Source: Oopsacas minuta
Lineage: Eukaryota > Animalia > Porifera
Assembly (NCBI GenBank): GCA_024704765.1
Contig: JAKMXF010000155.1
Span: 722,402 to 786,401, forward strand
Direction of reading: 5' to 3'
Length of the DNA stretch: 64,000 nucleotides
Part shown: positions 1 to 59,072 of the stretch, in pieces
How positions within the stretch are numbered: the first letter of the stretch is position 1
Layout of the letters: every line of letters starts with the position of its first letter
Notes under the pieces: model-generated
Databases searched by the model: none
Seen by the model: only the letters and a program-made list of their open reading frames with translations
What the model was told of the DNA's origin: nothing
Program-made: the position numbers and the translations under genes

Positions 1-2094
1 CATCCTTCAATGTTTTACCAAGCCAATACACACACATACGATATATACCTGACTTCACATATCCTAATATTAGTTTGATACTATATCTCTAATAATTATG
101 GGGTAATCTTGAAAAAATTATACTATATTGTTGATGACTCCGCAATTTTCTCTCGCTCGTCAAACTATTTCAATAAAGGCCATTCATTCCACCACCGCCA
201 ATACAACTTTAAAATACACTTCGCAACAACCACATGGTGACTAAGAAGTCTGACGCCTAATAGACACTAACGAATTCCCGAATTACAAACAGCTATCTAA
301 ATAAAGCCGTAAAATGAAGATATTCGATAATTATCGATAGTTCTTTCACTAAGTCGTTACCAATCTTTCGAACAAACGCACATTAGAAAATGGTGGGTCT
401 ATTGATGTTTTAGCTTGTAGACATTTGGGTTATAGACGTTTGTACCCGCGCCTAAGTATATGCGGAATATTTAAAATGTTCACTTTGAAATGAAAGATGC
501 ATTATTTAACATATTTTCACAGATACTGCTTATTAGACACATTTTCCACATTCCTGATTTATTTTAGCACATAATGCTTGATACGTTACTGTTTTACTAA
601 TATATATTACATATATTCCGAAAATATAGAAAATACATGCACATACTTCCGTCGAACACGTAAATCCCTAGTCCAAATCCTAAAGTGGGTAGGACATTTG
701 TATAATATGGTATTTATATATTAATTTTGTTCCCGTGGGGTACTTCTTATCAGAGTCCTGATGTATGTTTTGGAGGATCTGAGATCGAAGTATATTCCAT
801 TTGCATACGATGTTAGGAAACGAATTACGCTTTACGGACAAGGAATTGCCTATAGTCGTAGTTACAGCAGTGGCTGGGTTTGTACATGTCGTTTTTCAAA
901 GGTTTAGTGACCAAAATTCCCTTACTTATGGCCTCCTTCCCTTCCTATTACTCTTTTTGACAGTTTTATAATTCATAAAGAATGCTCCCGTCAGACTTTG
1001 CATATTTACCCCCTACCCTTGTTACCGATGCTCTAAGATTGAACGGCAATAGGTTGCGCGCCCTTGTACAGGGGCACGTGACCTAGTAGGCAAACAACAT
1101 AAATTTATGGATATTCTGCCATTTTGTACCCATATTTTGGTATTAACCCTTGATTCCCTCGCCATTTCGAGGATAGGGGGTATACAATAGTTTTACAGTC
1201 TTAATCAAAAACATGGTCCGTAGGAGTGTCTCCGATTGTTCAGGTTCAACAGGACCCACAGTTGGTTTGCTAACACAAATGGTATTTGTAAATAGGATTT
1301 TCTTTTTGTTGTTCTAAATAATTTTGTATACCTCAACCTCACCAATAGTAAACTGCTTGCTACATGCCTTGAAATAATTGTTCGTATAGGACTGGCATCA
1401 TGTGGATTCAATATCAAAATATTTCTACATCAATTGGCATAGTTGTACTTTTACTCCCGGAATTTGGGGGTACCGACTGTTTAAGCAAAAGTTGGGATAT
1501 TTACAATCTCACGCTATCCTTCTATCTCCAATATTTCGGTCATTCAACATGCATCTTTCTTTATATTATCTCTTATATCTACAGTCGCTTACTAAAAGTA
1601 TTCGCACAACAGCCTACAATGTCGTTGAAACTAGTACTAAACTCAGACAAATATTTAGCAGCCAAGTATTGAATTTAACGAGATACTGCAATTTTTGATT
1701 TCACTTCCTATTTAACATAATTATCCATTGCAAAACTTTTAATCTCTAATAGCTACCTCACAAGGTGATATTTATACTTCATTGCTACCTTGTCCCATTT
1801 GTTCCCATCTTATATCATAGTGGCAATTGAAAAAGTGGTTCACTGTGACACTCGACAATATTTCACAAGTAATTGATATCTAATTAAGTTGAAATGTTCT
1901 ACAATAACAATAGTATAATCTAAAGCGTAGAATATGTCTCTCAATTCAAAATTGTAATATCTGCGTGCAATTCTGGTGCATTCCGGAAGATTATTGGTTC
2001 TGGTATTTTCAATGTGATCTTGTGGGCATACGCATACTTTTGGTAGGGAGTGTATACTATCAATACGCAGCTAATCTGTATCTATGTTGTATGC

Positions 2095-2480
2095 AAATAT
2101 ATGTTTGTAAGTCCAGAATTGATTTAAGAAACTAAGACCTCCAGGGGCTGATTTCTGGCATGCAGGTATATTTTGGACTGCCCCGGACAATTTCTAGTTT
2201 CGGACAAACTTTCGTACCTATAATGAAATTATGACGTAATTGTCACAGCTTTATCTTCAAAAATCATATTATTTTCCAATTCTCAGCCCCTATAAATGAT
2301 AGATGCTTTCGAAAATTTTGAATTTCCAAATGGCATCAGTTGCTTAATTACATTAACTCTAGCTACACACACCATCAGTGTCACTAGAAATGCCATTCAT
2401 TGATATCTGCATGAACCATGGATAGTCATTTCTTAAAATTTCCGCTAAATTCCAACTCGATTCACATAGTGCCATATATA
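2095..2480 (+). repeat. Dispersed non-autonomous repeat family A (possibly Helitron/Helentron-derived), copy 1
   Basis: gtccagaattgatt...aagaaact...gctgattt...ggcat...ggtatattttgg is shared with 57280-57500; boundaries approximate. Confidence 0.55.
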
Positions 2481-4731
2481 TTCGTGCACGTTGCAACCCA
2501 AAGTACTGAGAAATTTAGCAGTTTCACACATTGTCTAAAACAAAGGGGCAAACCTGTCACGTAGCAACTTAGCAAGCGATGCGCGCTTTGAATATATGCA
2601 TTTTGAACATTAATTGATTTTAAGTATAGAATTATTCTACAGTACAAGTTAACAAATCTATATTATTTAATTGCCATTATTTTCTGTCTCTCTGTCAGCC
2701 TGTCTGCCTGTATGTACGTTGTTAGGGAACGGATTTAATGTACCCTATATTGCAAGGTTTTTTGACTTGTAGCCAGACACAATTCTACAGTTCTTAGAAT
2801 TATGGACAGTTCTTAACTTAATTTTACTTATATAAGACAGAGCTGAAACTCAAAATAATGACGAAATAGACTATCCATTATTTCAGTTGGAACTCAAGAA
2901 CCAGTCAATTTAACAAAAGTTTAGTATTTTATATAAGAATATACTTATTTAGATCATTTCAAATGTGGAATTTGTGATTCGGCATATCTTGTTTGTGAAA
3001 ATTGATCATAGCTACCAGTAACTCCTATTATAATGAGTTATTAGTAAATCCAATTATCTACAATGTATCTCTTATTTATCCTTGATCCAGAAAATAATTG
3101 TTGTTCATAAATTACGTCGTTCATGCATAAACGTATTTCGCCAGAATTTCTCCATGATTGAATATTCTTATATAATGAGATCAAACAAGATTTGGAAATG
3201 GATCCTGAGATATGTTGTCCAGTGGCATTCACAGGGAGGCATCAAGGCACAAACGTATAAAGTTTCCGTGGGTAGTATCTCTTAGAATTTCTTCTTTTTA
3301 TCCCTAGAATCGCAGTTTATTGTATTCCTAGTATACAGGTCAAAATCTAAGCTTATGCAGCGCATCTACTTACACATAGTCATATATATTTATCCTCAAT
3401 GATTATTTTGTCCGAACATAATTTTGGAGATGTTAAGAACTAGAATATTATTGCAGATTGCTACAAATTATGGACCATAACCAGACCGGACCGACCAAGG
3501 TGGGACCAAGCAAAGACTGAACTGGACTAGCATATGATAGTTTTTTGGTTCTTATCTGATTTATTTGTATTTCTAACACCAGTTGCGCTTTACTTTTATT
3601 TAATAACCCAATTTATAACAGTAACTACTATATTTGGTTTTATATAATCTCTTAAGCTTCCCATCATTATTTCATGCCGCTAGTAGAGACGCATCGTTCA
3701 GAACGGATCTGACCGTACAACCCTACTGGAATCTTAAAATTTGGAAATTAGAAATAATAAATCTAGTACCATTAACAAAGAACTAATGTATATCTCGACA
3801 AATCCTTATATCTTGTGATCATGTGACCTATCCGATTTGAGGTTAACAATTATTAGAATATAGCCATCAGGTTCTCAACCCTGGCCCGCGATTATGTTAA
3901 AATGGCGCGTAATGAACTCTGTGTTCAACAGACAATGGCAATATTTCCAATTAGTTTCACTCTTCTCAGCGTTGCATATTTGTTCTGGAGTTACCTAGTT
4001 CCATTCTTATCATTGGAAATCGGTTGACTGTTAAAACTATCACATGTATCCGTTTGGGGAAATCAACCGACTTCAAACTGTGTAGAATATCGTTTATCCC
4101 ATGAAAACGTGTAGTCAGTCATTATTCATCAAACTCATAAGATGTTGGTTATATCGACTGTTAAAAAGGTGGGTAAACAGGGTGGCACAATCTACTGTTT
4201 ACTACAGGCAGGTTTGTTTACGGACATTTCACCTACCAAAAATTTAATTAATAAATATTATGCTATGTTTATATGTTATATTCTCTATACTACTAGGATA
4301 CAACATTGATTAAATTGGTATGGAGGTAAAGTAGTATTTTACACACTTGAAATCATAGTAGTTAAAGGTTGCGACTCCTTGCACCACCACACTGCATACC
4401 CCCTGCTTTTCAAATTTTCATATTTGAAATCGTGTTCAGATCATTTAAAGGGTCGAAATGTGTATAAACAAACTCAGCTGTCCTAGCGGCGTCGTACAAG
4501 TCCCTTGATAGGGTTGAGGCAAATTTTGAGCAAGAAACTGTGCTACATTCTTGGGACATTCATGTATTGCTAGGGAAAATATATTCGAGTGATCACGTGA
4601 ATGATGTCAAATCTTTCACTGAATACGAGCATCCCTCAAAATTCGTTTCTATTAGAACTGGATGAATATATTCTTTTTACCCAACTACTAATTGTCAATA
4701 AATATTATTTTTCCAAATATTATATGTACAG

Positions 4732-48445
<43,714 letters not shown>

Positions 48446-50040
48446 TATCATTCCATAATGATGTATTGATTAGTACTAATTAGGTCCAAACTTGTTTCAT
48501 TATATTTTTTACTGTTTAAAGTACAAATAGTTTTGAGGTTTAATGTAGATAGAGATTCCTTATATATAGCTTTAGTATGGTGACCTTTTTTTACGCAATA
48601 TAGAAAATACAAATATCCTTATCGAAAAGTTGATTTTTCTCTAATCCGAAAGAATACCCTATCCATTTATATAGAAAAGCTACAAAAACTGCACTATAGT
48701 ATGATTTAGCGTTATTCCAGTTTTTTAATATAAACTACGTAGGCGTATATAATCTATTCACCTTTTGCTACATTATAACAAGTATTTCACCCTGAAACTC
48801 AATTCCACTTCTCTCAATATTTTTTCCTTTATTTATGCTAGTATACTTATCTAACCTTATATTGCTATCTTCTCCTAGAATTTATGTACTAATTTATAGA
48901 AAAGTCGATACAGTTCTGTAAGTATATAGCTTATTAGATATTTAATGAGCCTATTCAATATTTAATGATCTTTAGCACTGATATAATTTATTTAAATGGG
49001 GATATGAGTTTGAATATTTGATTTATAGTGGTCCTATTTACTGAATTATGCCATTATTGAATTATTTGTAATTTATAGTGCACATTCACTTAACTTCAGG
49101 GTCTCTCACTGTGATTATGAACTTTCACCATTAAAAATATCAACCTATTCTATGTTCTCAATTTAATTATTACCATAGGATTTTTATTATATTCAGTAGG
49201 GTGATTTAAAATTTGAAAATTGATACGAGTTAGGAACCAACCTCTTATTTTTGTTTCAATAATTCGCATTTTTTGGGCTACTCTAAATTTGTTATTCGGT
49301 TCGTATGATATAAGTCTCTATATTATGATCATTTGTCACAATAAGCGATACTCATTGACTTATTCTACTTTTTTGACATTTCAAATATTATGGAATTAAT
49401 TGCTTGTATGCAGAATATAATATACAATATTCAAAGTTCAATACAATTTCGGATTTGGCAGAAGTGTTTTGACTGTGCTTCAGCCATTATGCCTGATTAC
49501 ATAAGATAAGTATACAATTTCTCTCACTATGCGCACAAATATTTATGTAGAAGTTCTTAAATTTCAGTTCTGTTTGCACCTGTCAGTCATAAATATTTCA
49601 TGCATATGGTTGAAATTCCAGCTATTGGTTTAGCATTTCTCATCTATACACCTCATATGTGAAGGTCCTATTCTATTTGGTAATTAATTGGTGGAATATG
49701 AAAGTCAGAAGGAACTTTTGTACCAGCGCAAAGTTTGGAGGAAGAATATTTTGATTTTTGATCTCAAACTTAGTAGAATTTGATATAATATTTGAAAGTT
49801 CAGTTACTTGAGTGCAATTATCCATGAATCGGATATTTCTTGTATTTATATAGGCATTAGTTCACGAAACTTTGGACCCTGTATTCCACAAAGTACCTTC
49901 CAAAGATTACTTGTTCAGAGCTCAGGCAATCTAAGAGACCAAACATTTCTTATGGCATTTCTACAGAGATTTTGACCTTTTCCCAACTTTCGTATCTATG
50001 TGGCCATTTCGCCCAGATAACTTTGATAGACCTGACATTA

Positions 50041-51385
50041 CAGGGTGTTAAGAAATTGATGCCCTAATTATATTTGAGCAACAGTTTGAAATCAGCGGTA
50101 TAGAAAGTGGTGATCACTTTCCAATATAACCACCTTTACGTTTTATACATAATTTAACTCTATTACACATCCCAGATACTAAATTCTCCAAAATTTCTGG
50201 AGATATCCTCGACCAAGCCAGCTTTACATGATTTTCCAGCATCAAAACGTTGGTTGGAGTAGGCATCATTTGAATATCATGTTTGACTATTGACCAAAAA
50301 TTTTCAATGGGATTGAGGTCCGGAGAGTTACCTGGCCAAGTTTCCTTTGTCCAAAATTCGACTAAATTGTTATCACACCATTCTTGCGTTTTTTTGGCAG
50401 TGTGAGCCGGAGCACCATCCTGTTGAAAGATGGCTCGTGACATATCTGGCAACATCTTGCGACGTAAATACTCGCTTCTTCTCGTTGGCGCTGCATAGTA
50501 GACATCAATGACTTATTCAATATCTCTCTTACATAATAATCCGCGTTAACAGTTTGACCTTTGGGGATGATATGGAGTTCTGACACTGCACGATATGACA
50601 TCATACCCCAAACGAGGATTTTTGAGGGGAATTTCACGGTTTCAGTTGGTAAAACTTGAGACTGTTTGTAAGCCCAGACACGATCATTCTGATGGTTTAA
50701 GTGAGGATATAATTCGAAGGGAGACTCATCTGAGAACAATACCCGGCGCCACTCTTCTTTTTCCAGGATTTCCGATCTTTACAAAATTGAAGGCGAGCCT
50801 TCCGCTGTTTTTCGGTGATTTTTGGCTGTTTTTTGAGGTTTAAAGGGCTTGACAGAGAGTGTACTTCTTAAATATGTATGTACTGTTACATGAGACACTG
50901 AGCATCCCTTGGAGTGTAAGCGCTTAGCCAATCTCCGCGTTGATTGGTGTCTTTTGCAAATCGATTTTGCAATGACGATTTTAGCAATTTTTGTGATTTT
51001 GGATTTGCGTCCACGTCCAGGCTTGTTTTCGAGGGAGCGACCTGACTTATTGCGGCTCAACCAACGTCGAATTGTTCAAATATTTACTCTTAAGCTCTGT
51101 GAAACCCGTATCTGAGTCATTCCACCCAATACCATTCCTACTGCCCTGCTTCTTGTGGCGGAAGTAGCTTCTTTGACCATTATTATACGCTATAATTTGT
51201 ACAATCGGGTTTGATAATATACAAAATAGAAATTGGCATTCTGACTGAGAATGGTATACTAAAATTGTCTAAAACTGGTTGTTAAAATGAAATAAGAGTG
51301 GGTGTATTTCATAAGATTGAACACTGAAACTATGGTTACATTATTGTGGATTAAGTGATTAGGGCATCAATTTCTTAACACCCTG
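50041..51385 (-). mobile_element. Tc1-like DD37E element, full length, frameshifted
   Basis: TA TSD; TIR cagggtgttaagaaattgatgccctaat; FSDESPFEL; QQDGAPAHT...WPGNSPDLNPIEN with 37 residues between D and E. Confidence 0.95.
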
Positions 51386-52105
51386 TATATGGTGTAGGCC
51401 AAACGCGTTTTCCTTGGCCAAATGAATTTAGCCTAGACTGTTCGCACTTCCCCTATTCTTTATTCTCATTTCTGACCTATGATTTGTATTTATGACTAAC
51501 CAATCTAGGTAAGTGACTCTTCTTTAATCCCATCTTTTCAAATCTAGGGCTTGCCTAACCTTATCATCTACTTGACGAAAAGAATGAGGTTGGATTGATG
51601 AATGTTGAATATTCTGTGTTGTACCTATTGAGACTAGTATGCATTAAGATTTTCCAATATTTAATACTCTTGATTATAGTTCTCTTGACTGGCTGTCAAT
51701 TGCAGTTTTCTTCTCTGAGCTAAATTTGTTGTTGCATTTTATGAATTATATTATTCGAATAATTCATGAAATGTGGACCATTAGTGCGCCATCCCTTGGG
51801 ACCCTGAACTTGTTTCATGTAGTGTGCAAAATATTCAATACGCCTTCGAGTTATTTGTGCGGATGAGTGGAACATTAAAGAGCCCGCTATGAATGATCAA
51901 TCAGTGGGGCGGATGAAAGGTATCTTAAGAGTTACATAAATTTGCAATTTTCATATCCCACAAGGTGGTGACACTATGTTCAACATTCATCATGTCAATC
52001 TCGTCCCATTTAATAATTCGATCGGTAAGATTAGATAACCCTCAGATTAAACAATGATGGGATTAAAGAAGAATTCCATATATTGATTGATAACTGAAAT
52101 ATATA

Positions 52106-52615
52106 AAGGGTGACACATAAGTTCTGTCCCATTGAAAATTTATTATAACTAAACCATGAACTAAGATATTGACTTGAAATTATGCTATAACTTAGCAAAC
52201 TAAATATAGATCCATAATATATTCAATTGTTCGATATAGCTCCCTTTCTTTTTGATGGCAGCTCTTAGCCGCTTTGGGACGGACTCGAGAGCGGCACGCA
52301 ATTTTTCCTGCGGGATTATTGCCCATTCTCGGGATAAAGACGTTTTTAGAGACTTGTCACTCTTGTGGGAAGTAGCGCACGCATTTGTCTGCAATATCGA
52401 CCACAACGAGAAGTCCATCGGGTTGAGATCTGGGCTGGAAGGAGGCCATTCCTCCTTAGAGATGAAGTCTGGAATATTGTTTCGTAACCACAGTTGCTTG
52501 ACTTTCGCTGTGTGGGCTGGCGCACCGTCTTACTGGAATAAAAATGGACGATTATTGAACATGGTCTTATCAAGGCCTCTCACTAGTGGGTCTAAACGCG
52601 CTCCTGATATTTAAC
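52106..52615 (-). mobile_element. maT-type (DD37D) element, 3' half only
   Basis: One TIR aagggtgacacataagttctgtccc; DGAPAHTAK...EWPPSSPDLNPMDFSLWSIL. Confidence 0.85.
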
Positions 52616-53862
52616 AGCGTTAATTTTTACGCCCGGTGGGATGAAAAGCAGTGGGGTACGGCCTTTTGCGGATACCCCCGCTCAAACCATCACTGACTGA
52701 GGATTTTCATGTTTCAAAATTTAAAATTTTAGACCAAGTTTGAGACTTTGGTTAGACATGTTAAGTTCTTAAAGTACTAATATAGCTTATTTCTAGATTT
52801 GAAATGGTGAAAATCGAAAGCACACATATATTTTAGTAATTGGCGAAGTCATCTTTTCGTCAATTACCCCATATATCCAACTGTGGTATTTTCAAATTGT
52901 GTCATTAATTGTCCAGGATTTTGACCAAAACAACTAGTGCTGATAGGATAAATCACCCCACACTATGTATTCGAAGTAATCATAATGTAGAGTTTTTACT
53001 TATTTGCTCATGTTGTTATGGTTATACAAGTTTGATAACATAGTTACTGATCACAACGTTTCACAATCTGATGCAGGAGCCCAAGGCTGACACCCCGGTC
53101 TATCACGTCACTTCTCAAACTACGTATAAAGTATACTTTCCAAGATACTAAACAGCTACAGGATGTACTTTATAGGGCATGGTAAGTAACTTGTCGCACT
53201 AATTCATTTTCACATATAAAGATAAGTACAGGCATGGATGGCGCGTAATGGAAGCTTGGTGAAACTTAACTTCAATTTTATCATAATTTACGCTAACTGA
53301 GGGCTTTGAAGGTTAATAATCGATGTATGGTCATAACAGTCAGTAAATTAATGTACTAGACTGGTTATCTATATTGGGATTTAGTTATTTTCTTTAATTT
53401 TTATTTAATTGATGCTTTTATCACTTAATGAAGGATTTTCCCATATTATGCATGAAATATGCTTTGAAAATGGCATTTGAACCATAAATCATCTACAATG
53501 CGTAAATTGAATGTGTGATATATTGCAGCCTAAATTCATATGAGGGATATATAATTATATTGCACCTGACCCTCTGGATCTGCCACTGGGTTTAGGTATT
53601 TCAGTCTGTATATTTATTTATGGGATGGCGCCATGTCCAAGAGTTATTTCGATGGAGGGTGAAAATTATCTAATATATAAATATTTAAGGAACTCTGGGA
53701 TTAGCGTTCTTCTTTGAAATTAATGTTCCCTGTAAAATATTTTCTCAATAATGTATATTTCGTCACAAACTATTCTAAAAGTAAGTATAGTCAATTCCAC
53801 ACAACCGAGAAATTATTGCCACTATTATCAACTAAAGAATCAAAACCCAAGATTGTATAATA

Positions 53863-55161
53863 CAAGAGGCATTCGAAATCTTTGTCGTTGGTATACTTAC
53901 ACAATGGGTATTACATAATATTTAGTCACATTTTTTCAAAATAATCGCCCTGACACTCTTTACACTTTTTCATGCGTTTAAACCAGGAATCAAAACACAT
54001 TGTTCATTCTTCTTTTGGTATCTACTCAATTGCTACGAAAAACGCCCCCGGTTTACTCTTGATTGCTGAAATATCACCTCCCACGAAGTTGATCTTTTAG
54101 CTTTGTGAATAACCAAAATCGCTAAGTGCTAGGTCACGACACTAGGGTAGGTAAGGTAGCGGTCTGCACCTAGAATTCCTGGCAACTCACGAGTTCTTAG
54201 AGCTGTATGTTGTGAGGCATTATCGTGGTGAAGCGAGATTCATCGCACGCGTTACTTCTCACGTGTTTAACGATAGCACTGAATACTTTCGGAAGACATA
54301 TTGTCATATACCAATCAGCGGTAGCTGTCTTCTTATCCTCAAATGCAATTTCTTCAAAAGATCCACTACGTCTAAAGGAAATTGCCCACATCTGCTTTCC
54401 GGCTTATCTAATTCTACAGACCTTTGTTGGGGGGAAACCACCTTCCTCGACCCACTCCTTGGATTGTCTCTTCATTTATGGGTCATTGTGGTATATCCAT
54501 GTATCATCACCTGTGAAAATTTCACAAACAGCTCTAAAAATTCCATTGGCAAATCTTTTAAGCATACTTTAGCAAAAATTCCCTCGGCACTTTTCTGTTC
54601 GGACGACAAGGAATGCGGGATCTAACGTGCACATAACTTTCTAAGACCAAGCTCTTTATGTAAGATGAGGTGCATGCTCCCGATGTCAAATTTCTTTAAT
54701 GGTCTAACTGAGCGTAAGTAACATGAGGGTCTTTTGTTACTTGGTCCAACATTATATTCGACGGTGTGTGTGATGCTAAGCCTGCCAGGACAGGGACCAA
54801 CTTCAAGAATAGGATTTACATGAATAATCTCTGAGTGCCATTGTCTACAGTTCTCAAACAAGGAGCTAAATTTAGAAAGTGCTTTTGCCCCCAGAGTTTC
54901 GTATATTCCAAACGGTTATTCTCATGTTTGAACAATATTCAATTATCGCTCTATGTATAACCGTATCTTATGAGGTTAAATTCTAGTTGAGGTACCATAC
55001 AAGCCATAACTGTAGAAATCAAGCAATTCGAAATTACAAAAGATAAACTAATGAAATCTTTTGTCTAGGTAATCATATGCATCTAAATTGATATAAAATA
55101 GCCTTTTTAGAAAGTATTTGTTGTTTCATAACAGACGACTAAACTTTTCGAGTGCCCTTCG
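53863..55161 (-). mobile_element. mariner (DD34D) element, same family as 26455-27759, decayed
   Basis: TIR aaacttttcgagtgcccttcg at the right end, degenerate left TIR; ILHKELGLRKLCAR, MWAISFRR...KTATADWY match the 26.5-kb copy. Confidence 0.92.
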
Positions 55162-55288
55162 AATAAATGTAACTCACCAACACGGTTTATGGAGCTCAAA
55201 ATATTTCAGGAAGTCCAATATTCTGAGCTTATCTCAGAGAGTTATAAAATATCATTTGTCTGGACTGATTATTGATGAACTGGTAGGG

Positions 55289-55550
55289 GATACAGACTTG
55301 AAATTTCGTACGTGGGTGGGAAATGGATTTTCTTGAAACCAGTTTAAATATCTAATGATAATATTAGCATCTTCTCACAGAGTTCAATATTGTTGTTATG
55401 TATGTACATAGATAGGGAAATAATCAAAATCAAATCATACTTCTAAATACTATAATGGGGTATGGTTACTCCAAACATGATATCGTTACCATCATATGAA
55501 TAATATTTGTTGTGTTTATCTACATAAAGTTAACAAATATGAAATAGGTC
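55289..55550 (+). repeat. Dispersed repeat family C, copy 2
   Basis: Direct similarity to 23262-23525. Confidence 0.7.
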
Positions 55551-56603
55551 ATAGAATGATACTGCCAAAGGCTATAAATTGAGAGAAGTGTCCATAAAAT
55601 TCTCAGTTTAGCAGGGAAATAGTATAGACAGTGAAATTCATTTGTCTATTATCCAATCAACTTAGATGTGATAGTACAGCTGTCAATCTTTGTAATTTGC
55701 CTAATATCTGCCTTCAAAATGAATATGATGTTGTGACTAGCATATCGTCAATATTCGACTTAGAGAATGACTTTCAAAACATATATAGCATACTTAGTCG
55801 TTCTTAACACAAATTATCGGATGATTGGGTTAACCTAGGTGCCTATTTCGGACACTCAGGGCCCGGAACCGCGTGGTGCATGGAAGCGTAGCTTCCTTGT
55901 ACTGGTCAAAAGATATGAAATTTACAATTGGCTTCAATAAGTCATTAGTTTACCAATATGACGTCTCGCAATTACAAATACTTCCTTTATATATAGTTTT
56001 TCATCATAGTTGTAAGTTCTATTATTAGAGAGATTGAAACTAACATATATATATATGCGTAAATTATTATACTGACAATTATTGTAATATATCAAACAGT
56101 GGTGTGTGTGTCTATTCGATCTTAATAATTGCAATTAATCAAAAAATTTAAGCATAGAAACCGTATATGTAATTTGTTAATTATATAATTTGTTTGTCCG
56201 GAATTGATTGAGGGCCTAGTAGGAGCTACAAACTTGAAAATTGGCATGTGTGTGGAATGTGATTAATCTGAGAACTAGTTCTAAGGTCTAATCAAAACAA
56301 CATTGTCATTGAGTTTAAATATTTAAGAAAATAAATTGATACTAAATTGTATACATCAGTACATTATTTTTGTATGTGTTCTTTCATGTTAAATCTTATG
56401 CACGAATTATTTTGTGTTAGATATTTTTCGGAAACAACAAAGTATAGATTCTCAAACTACAAGTACCAACATAATTGCCTCACTATGAGGATTATATGCA
56501 ATTTATTCCCTCCTTGTGCTGAACTCATCTATATTATTAAAGCGTAATAAATCTGATCTATATATGTGTATGCATGGATATATAAATATATAAAGTTATT
56601 CTC

Positions 56604-56648
56604 AGGACACTAGGGTCTGGATTGCAAATACCAAGACCCTAGTGTCCT
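56604..56648. repeat. Short perfect hairpin (15-bp stem aggacactagggtct / agaccctagtgtcct)
   Basis: Directly visible; the stem motif recurs once at ~57233. Confidence 0.9.
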
Positions 56649-57232
56649 AGCATTATTACTGGAATCCTGAGGTTCTGGCCTAAATATTCGCTCCAAGACC
56701 ATATATTTACTAATGCAAAATCAACTATATATTTCTGCTATTAAAATTCCCGTGAATAAGTTCAGACAGTTGAAATAAAATTATTAATCCAATAAAAGTC
56801 CTTCCAAACTCAAAATTAGCGGGAAGTCCACATCCACGTCCCTATGTAGCTTAATAACGAGTGCAGAATATAACTCCCATACCCCTAAGTTAGTGAACTG
56901 AATCCCTAAACCCTCCCAATGGTACCCATTATAATTTTGTATAATAAATAGTCCTATCACGTCTTTGTTTCTATAAATCCATTTTGTCATTAATTATCTT
57001 CTTTAACGGCATTTCTTCTTCTCTCACCACTGAATGCTAGCTTAAATTTCAAATATTTCTACTAAACTTGCACATTCGATTTCAAACCCATAAATCCATC
57101 CATCCATCCATCTATATATTTAGATTATCTAGTTGTGAAATAGTACAAAAATAGTACAATAAACGTGGGTCTAAATGTAGAGTCCCAGAGCGAAATTACA
57201 CTATATGACTCGATGGTCCTGACGATGGTGCT

Positions 57233-57700
57233 GGACACTAGGGTCTTAGATATAATTTTCCTATGTATATGTATATGTTTGATGTCCAGAATTGATTAAA
57301 GAAACTGGGAGAACTCAGCGCTGATTTTGGCATACAGGGGTATTTTGGGTCTGACTCGGACAAATTCGCGTCTTGAACAAAATTTACCCTTATGATCAAA
57401 TTTTGGCATTATTGTCCCCTTTTGGAATTTCAAAAATCTCATTATTACCACTGCTCAGTCAATATATATGATAGAAATTTGATATTTGAATCACAAGTAC
57501 CCCTCAATGTCGCAAATGTCCTGATATCATGATTATTCGTCAGTATGAATCTATAAAAATGAAAATTTTCCGAATTTCCCAATATTTCAGATTTTCTTAT
57601 TACCCGAGGCACAAAGTGCCGAGATTACTAACCAAAAGCGACATAGCATCGCCAGTGTCATCACAAAGTGCCATTGAATGTAATTCGGAATGACCCTAGA
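57233..57700 (+). repeat. Repeat family A, copy 4
   Basis: Shares its core with 2095-2480 and the reverse complements of 5511-6135 and 13418-13610; begins with ggacactagggtct. Confidence 0.55.
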
Positions 57701-59072
57701 CACTAAGGCGAACTGAAAAATGTAAAAATCTCATTTTTGTACTGGAACTATAATATTATTGTTTGGATTATGTTAGTTAATAATTCTGCAAATTTTGAGC
57801 TCATTTGAAATACCCCTTCCTTAGCAGTTTATTCATTTTATACCTGTCTTAATAGTGCTTACCCATACTGGCAAGGAAATTGACTCGAATATGATACAGG
57901 AATCCATTATACTAATTTGTTAATTTGAATTCACCGCGAATTCAAAATGAACTAAATTCTAATGTATGTTTAGTTTGGGAGGGATTGCAATAATCACATA
58001 TTCTGTTTTGTGCAAATATCTGGCCAGCAAGAACTGTTACAAATGGGCTGAAATTTTCAAAAAATGTTCGCATATATTAGAACAACCAATGTATTAGAGT
58101 TCCAAATGAAATTCACTTCATTTAGAAAAGTTATATAATGTTAATTATGGATGTGGACTTTTTTGTACTTTTTGTCCGACTCCAAGCAAATAAAACTGGT
58201 AACCAAAAACTAGTGCAAATGAGCTAAAGTTTTCCATGAATGTTTGCATCCTTCCAGTTCGGGACGTAAAATAGGTTTCAACTACACTAATTTTCATGCA
58301 AATTTAGTCATCATCTCAAACCGGAGATGCGGAAGATGAAATCTTGGGAGTATATAATTGTGAGGTTTCACCTTATAGCACAACATGTTTCGCAAAATGA
58401 TCTGAAGAGAATTAATTAAATCTATGATTGGATTGATTCGGACAAAAAATGAATCTTATATTTACGTATGTTTTCAGAATGTAGCGAGTTTCTTTCACTT
58501 TCCATGTGTCCCCTTGAAGTGATACAGGGTTATCGGTAATGCACTACCATAATTCACTAATTCTATATAATAATTTCAAATTCAAAATGAATTATTTGTA
58601 TTTTAATATTTTGTATCAACCAAGCATCAATATTTCCATCTACCAATCTCTAAATTCCAGCATATAGATATTGAATTAACAACCACATTTATCTCCGCTA
58701 GTTTTCCTCGCGGGGATATTCCGGGTTGGACAAATGCGGATTTCTGACCAAAACTTTGTTTTTGATTTTTGATTTGTTTCAGTGGGTTTAGTTAGTCCAG
58801 ATCAGAGATGGAACCGGTCAGGTCGGATAGGGTACCGGTCGAAGATCTCTACCGCCGGTCATAATTTCTGGATATGGTAATTCTGAATTTGATGCTGTAA
58901 TCATATTGACCACAAACTTCAACTTAGCAGTTCGATTAAACTAGACCATGACTAAACAATTTAGTACAGATTTTATATTAGATTTGCTACTAAATCTTGA
59001 CTAATAAATCCACTATTGTCTTTTCTCTAGTTAATGAATATCTCAAATTATCAATAATTATTCTAATTCTTA

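Noticed and set aside
1205-1698. Cluster of 70-98 aa ORFs
   Set aside because: No splice-consistent frame or recognisable domain
3041-3285. Overlapping short ORFs, with an SQDP motif suggesting a P/THAP-like transposase or an upstream host exon
   Set aside because: Frames conflict and motifs are too short to decide
3866-4380. Possible hAT-type MITE (caggttctcaacc...ggttgcgactcct)
   Set aside because: Ends too degenerate and no 8-bp TSD found
49400-51700. Coding-like minus-strand text on both sides of the Tc1 at 50041
   Set aside because: No recognisable domain, many stops; could not be assigned
53145-53181. Possible 37-nt exon xTKQLQDVLYRAW (ttccaAG...GTaagt)
   Set aside because: Good splice signals but beyond the host stop codon and no partner exons found; too short to support
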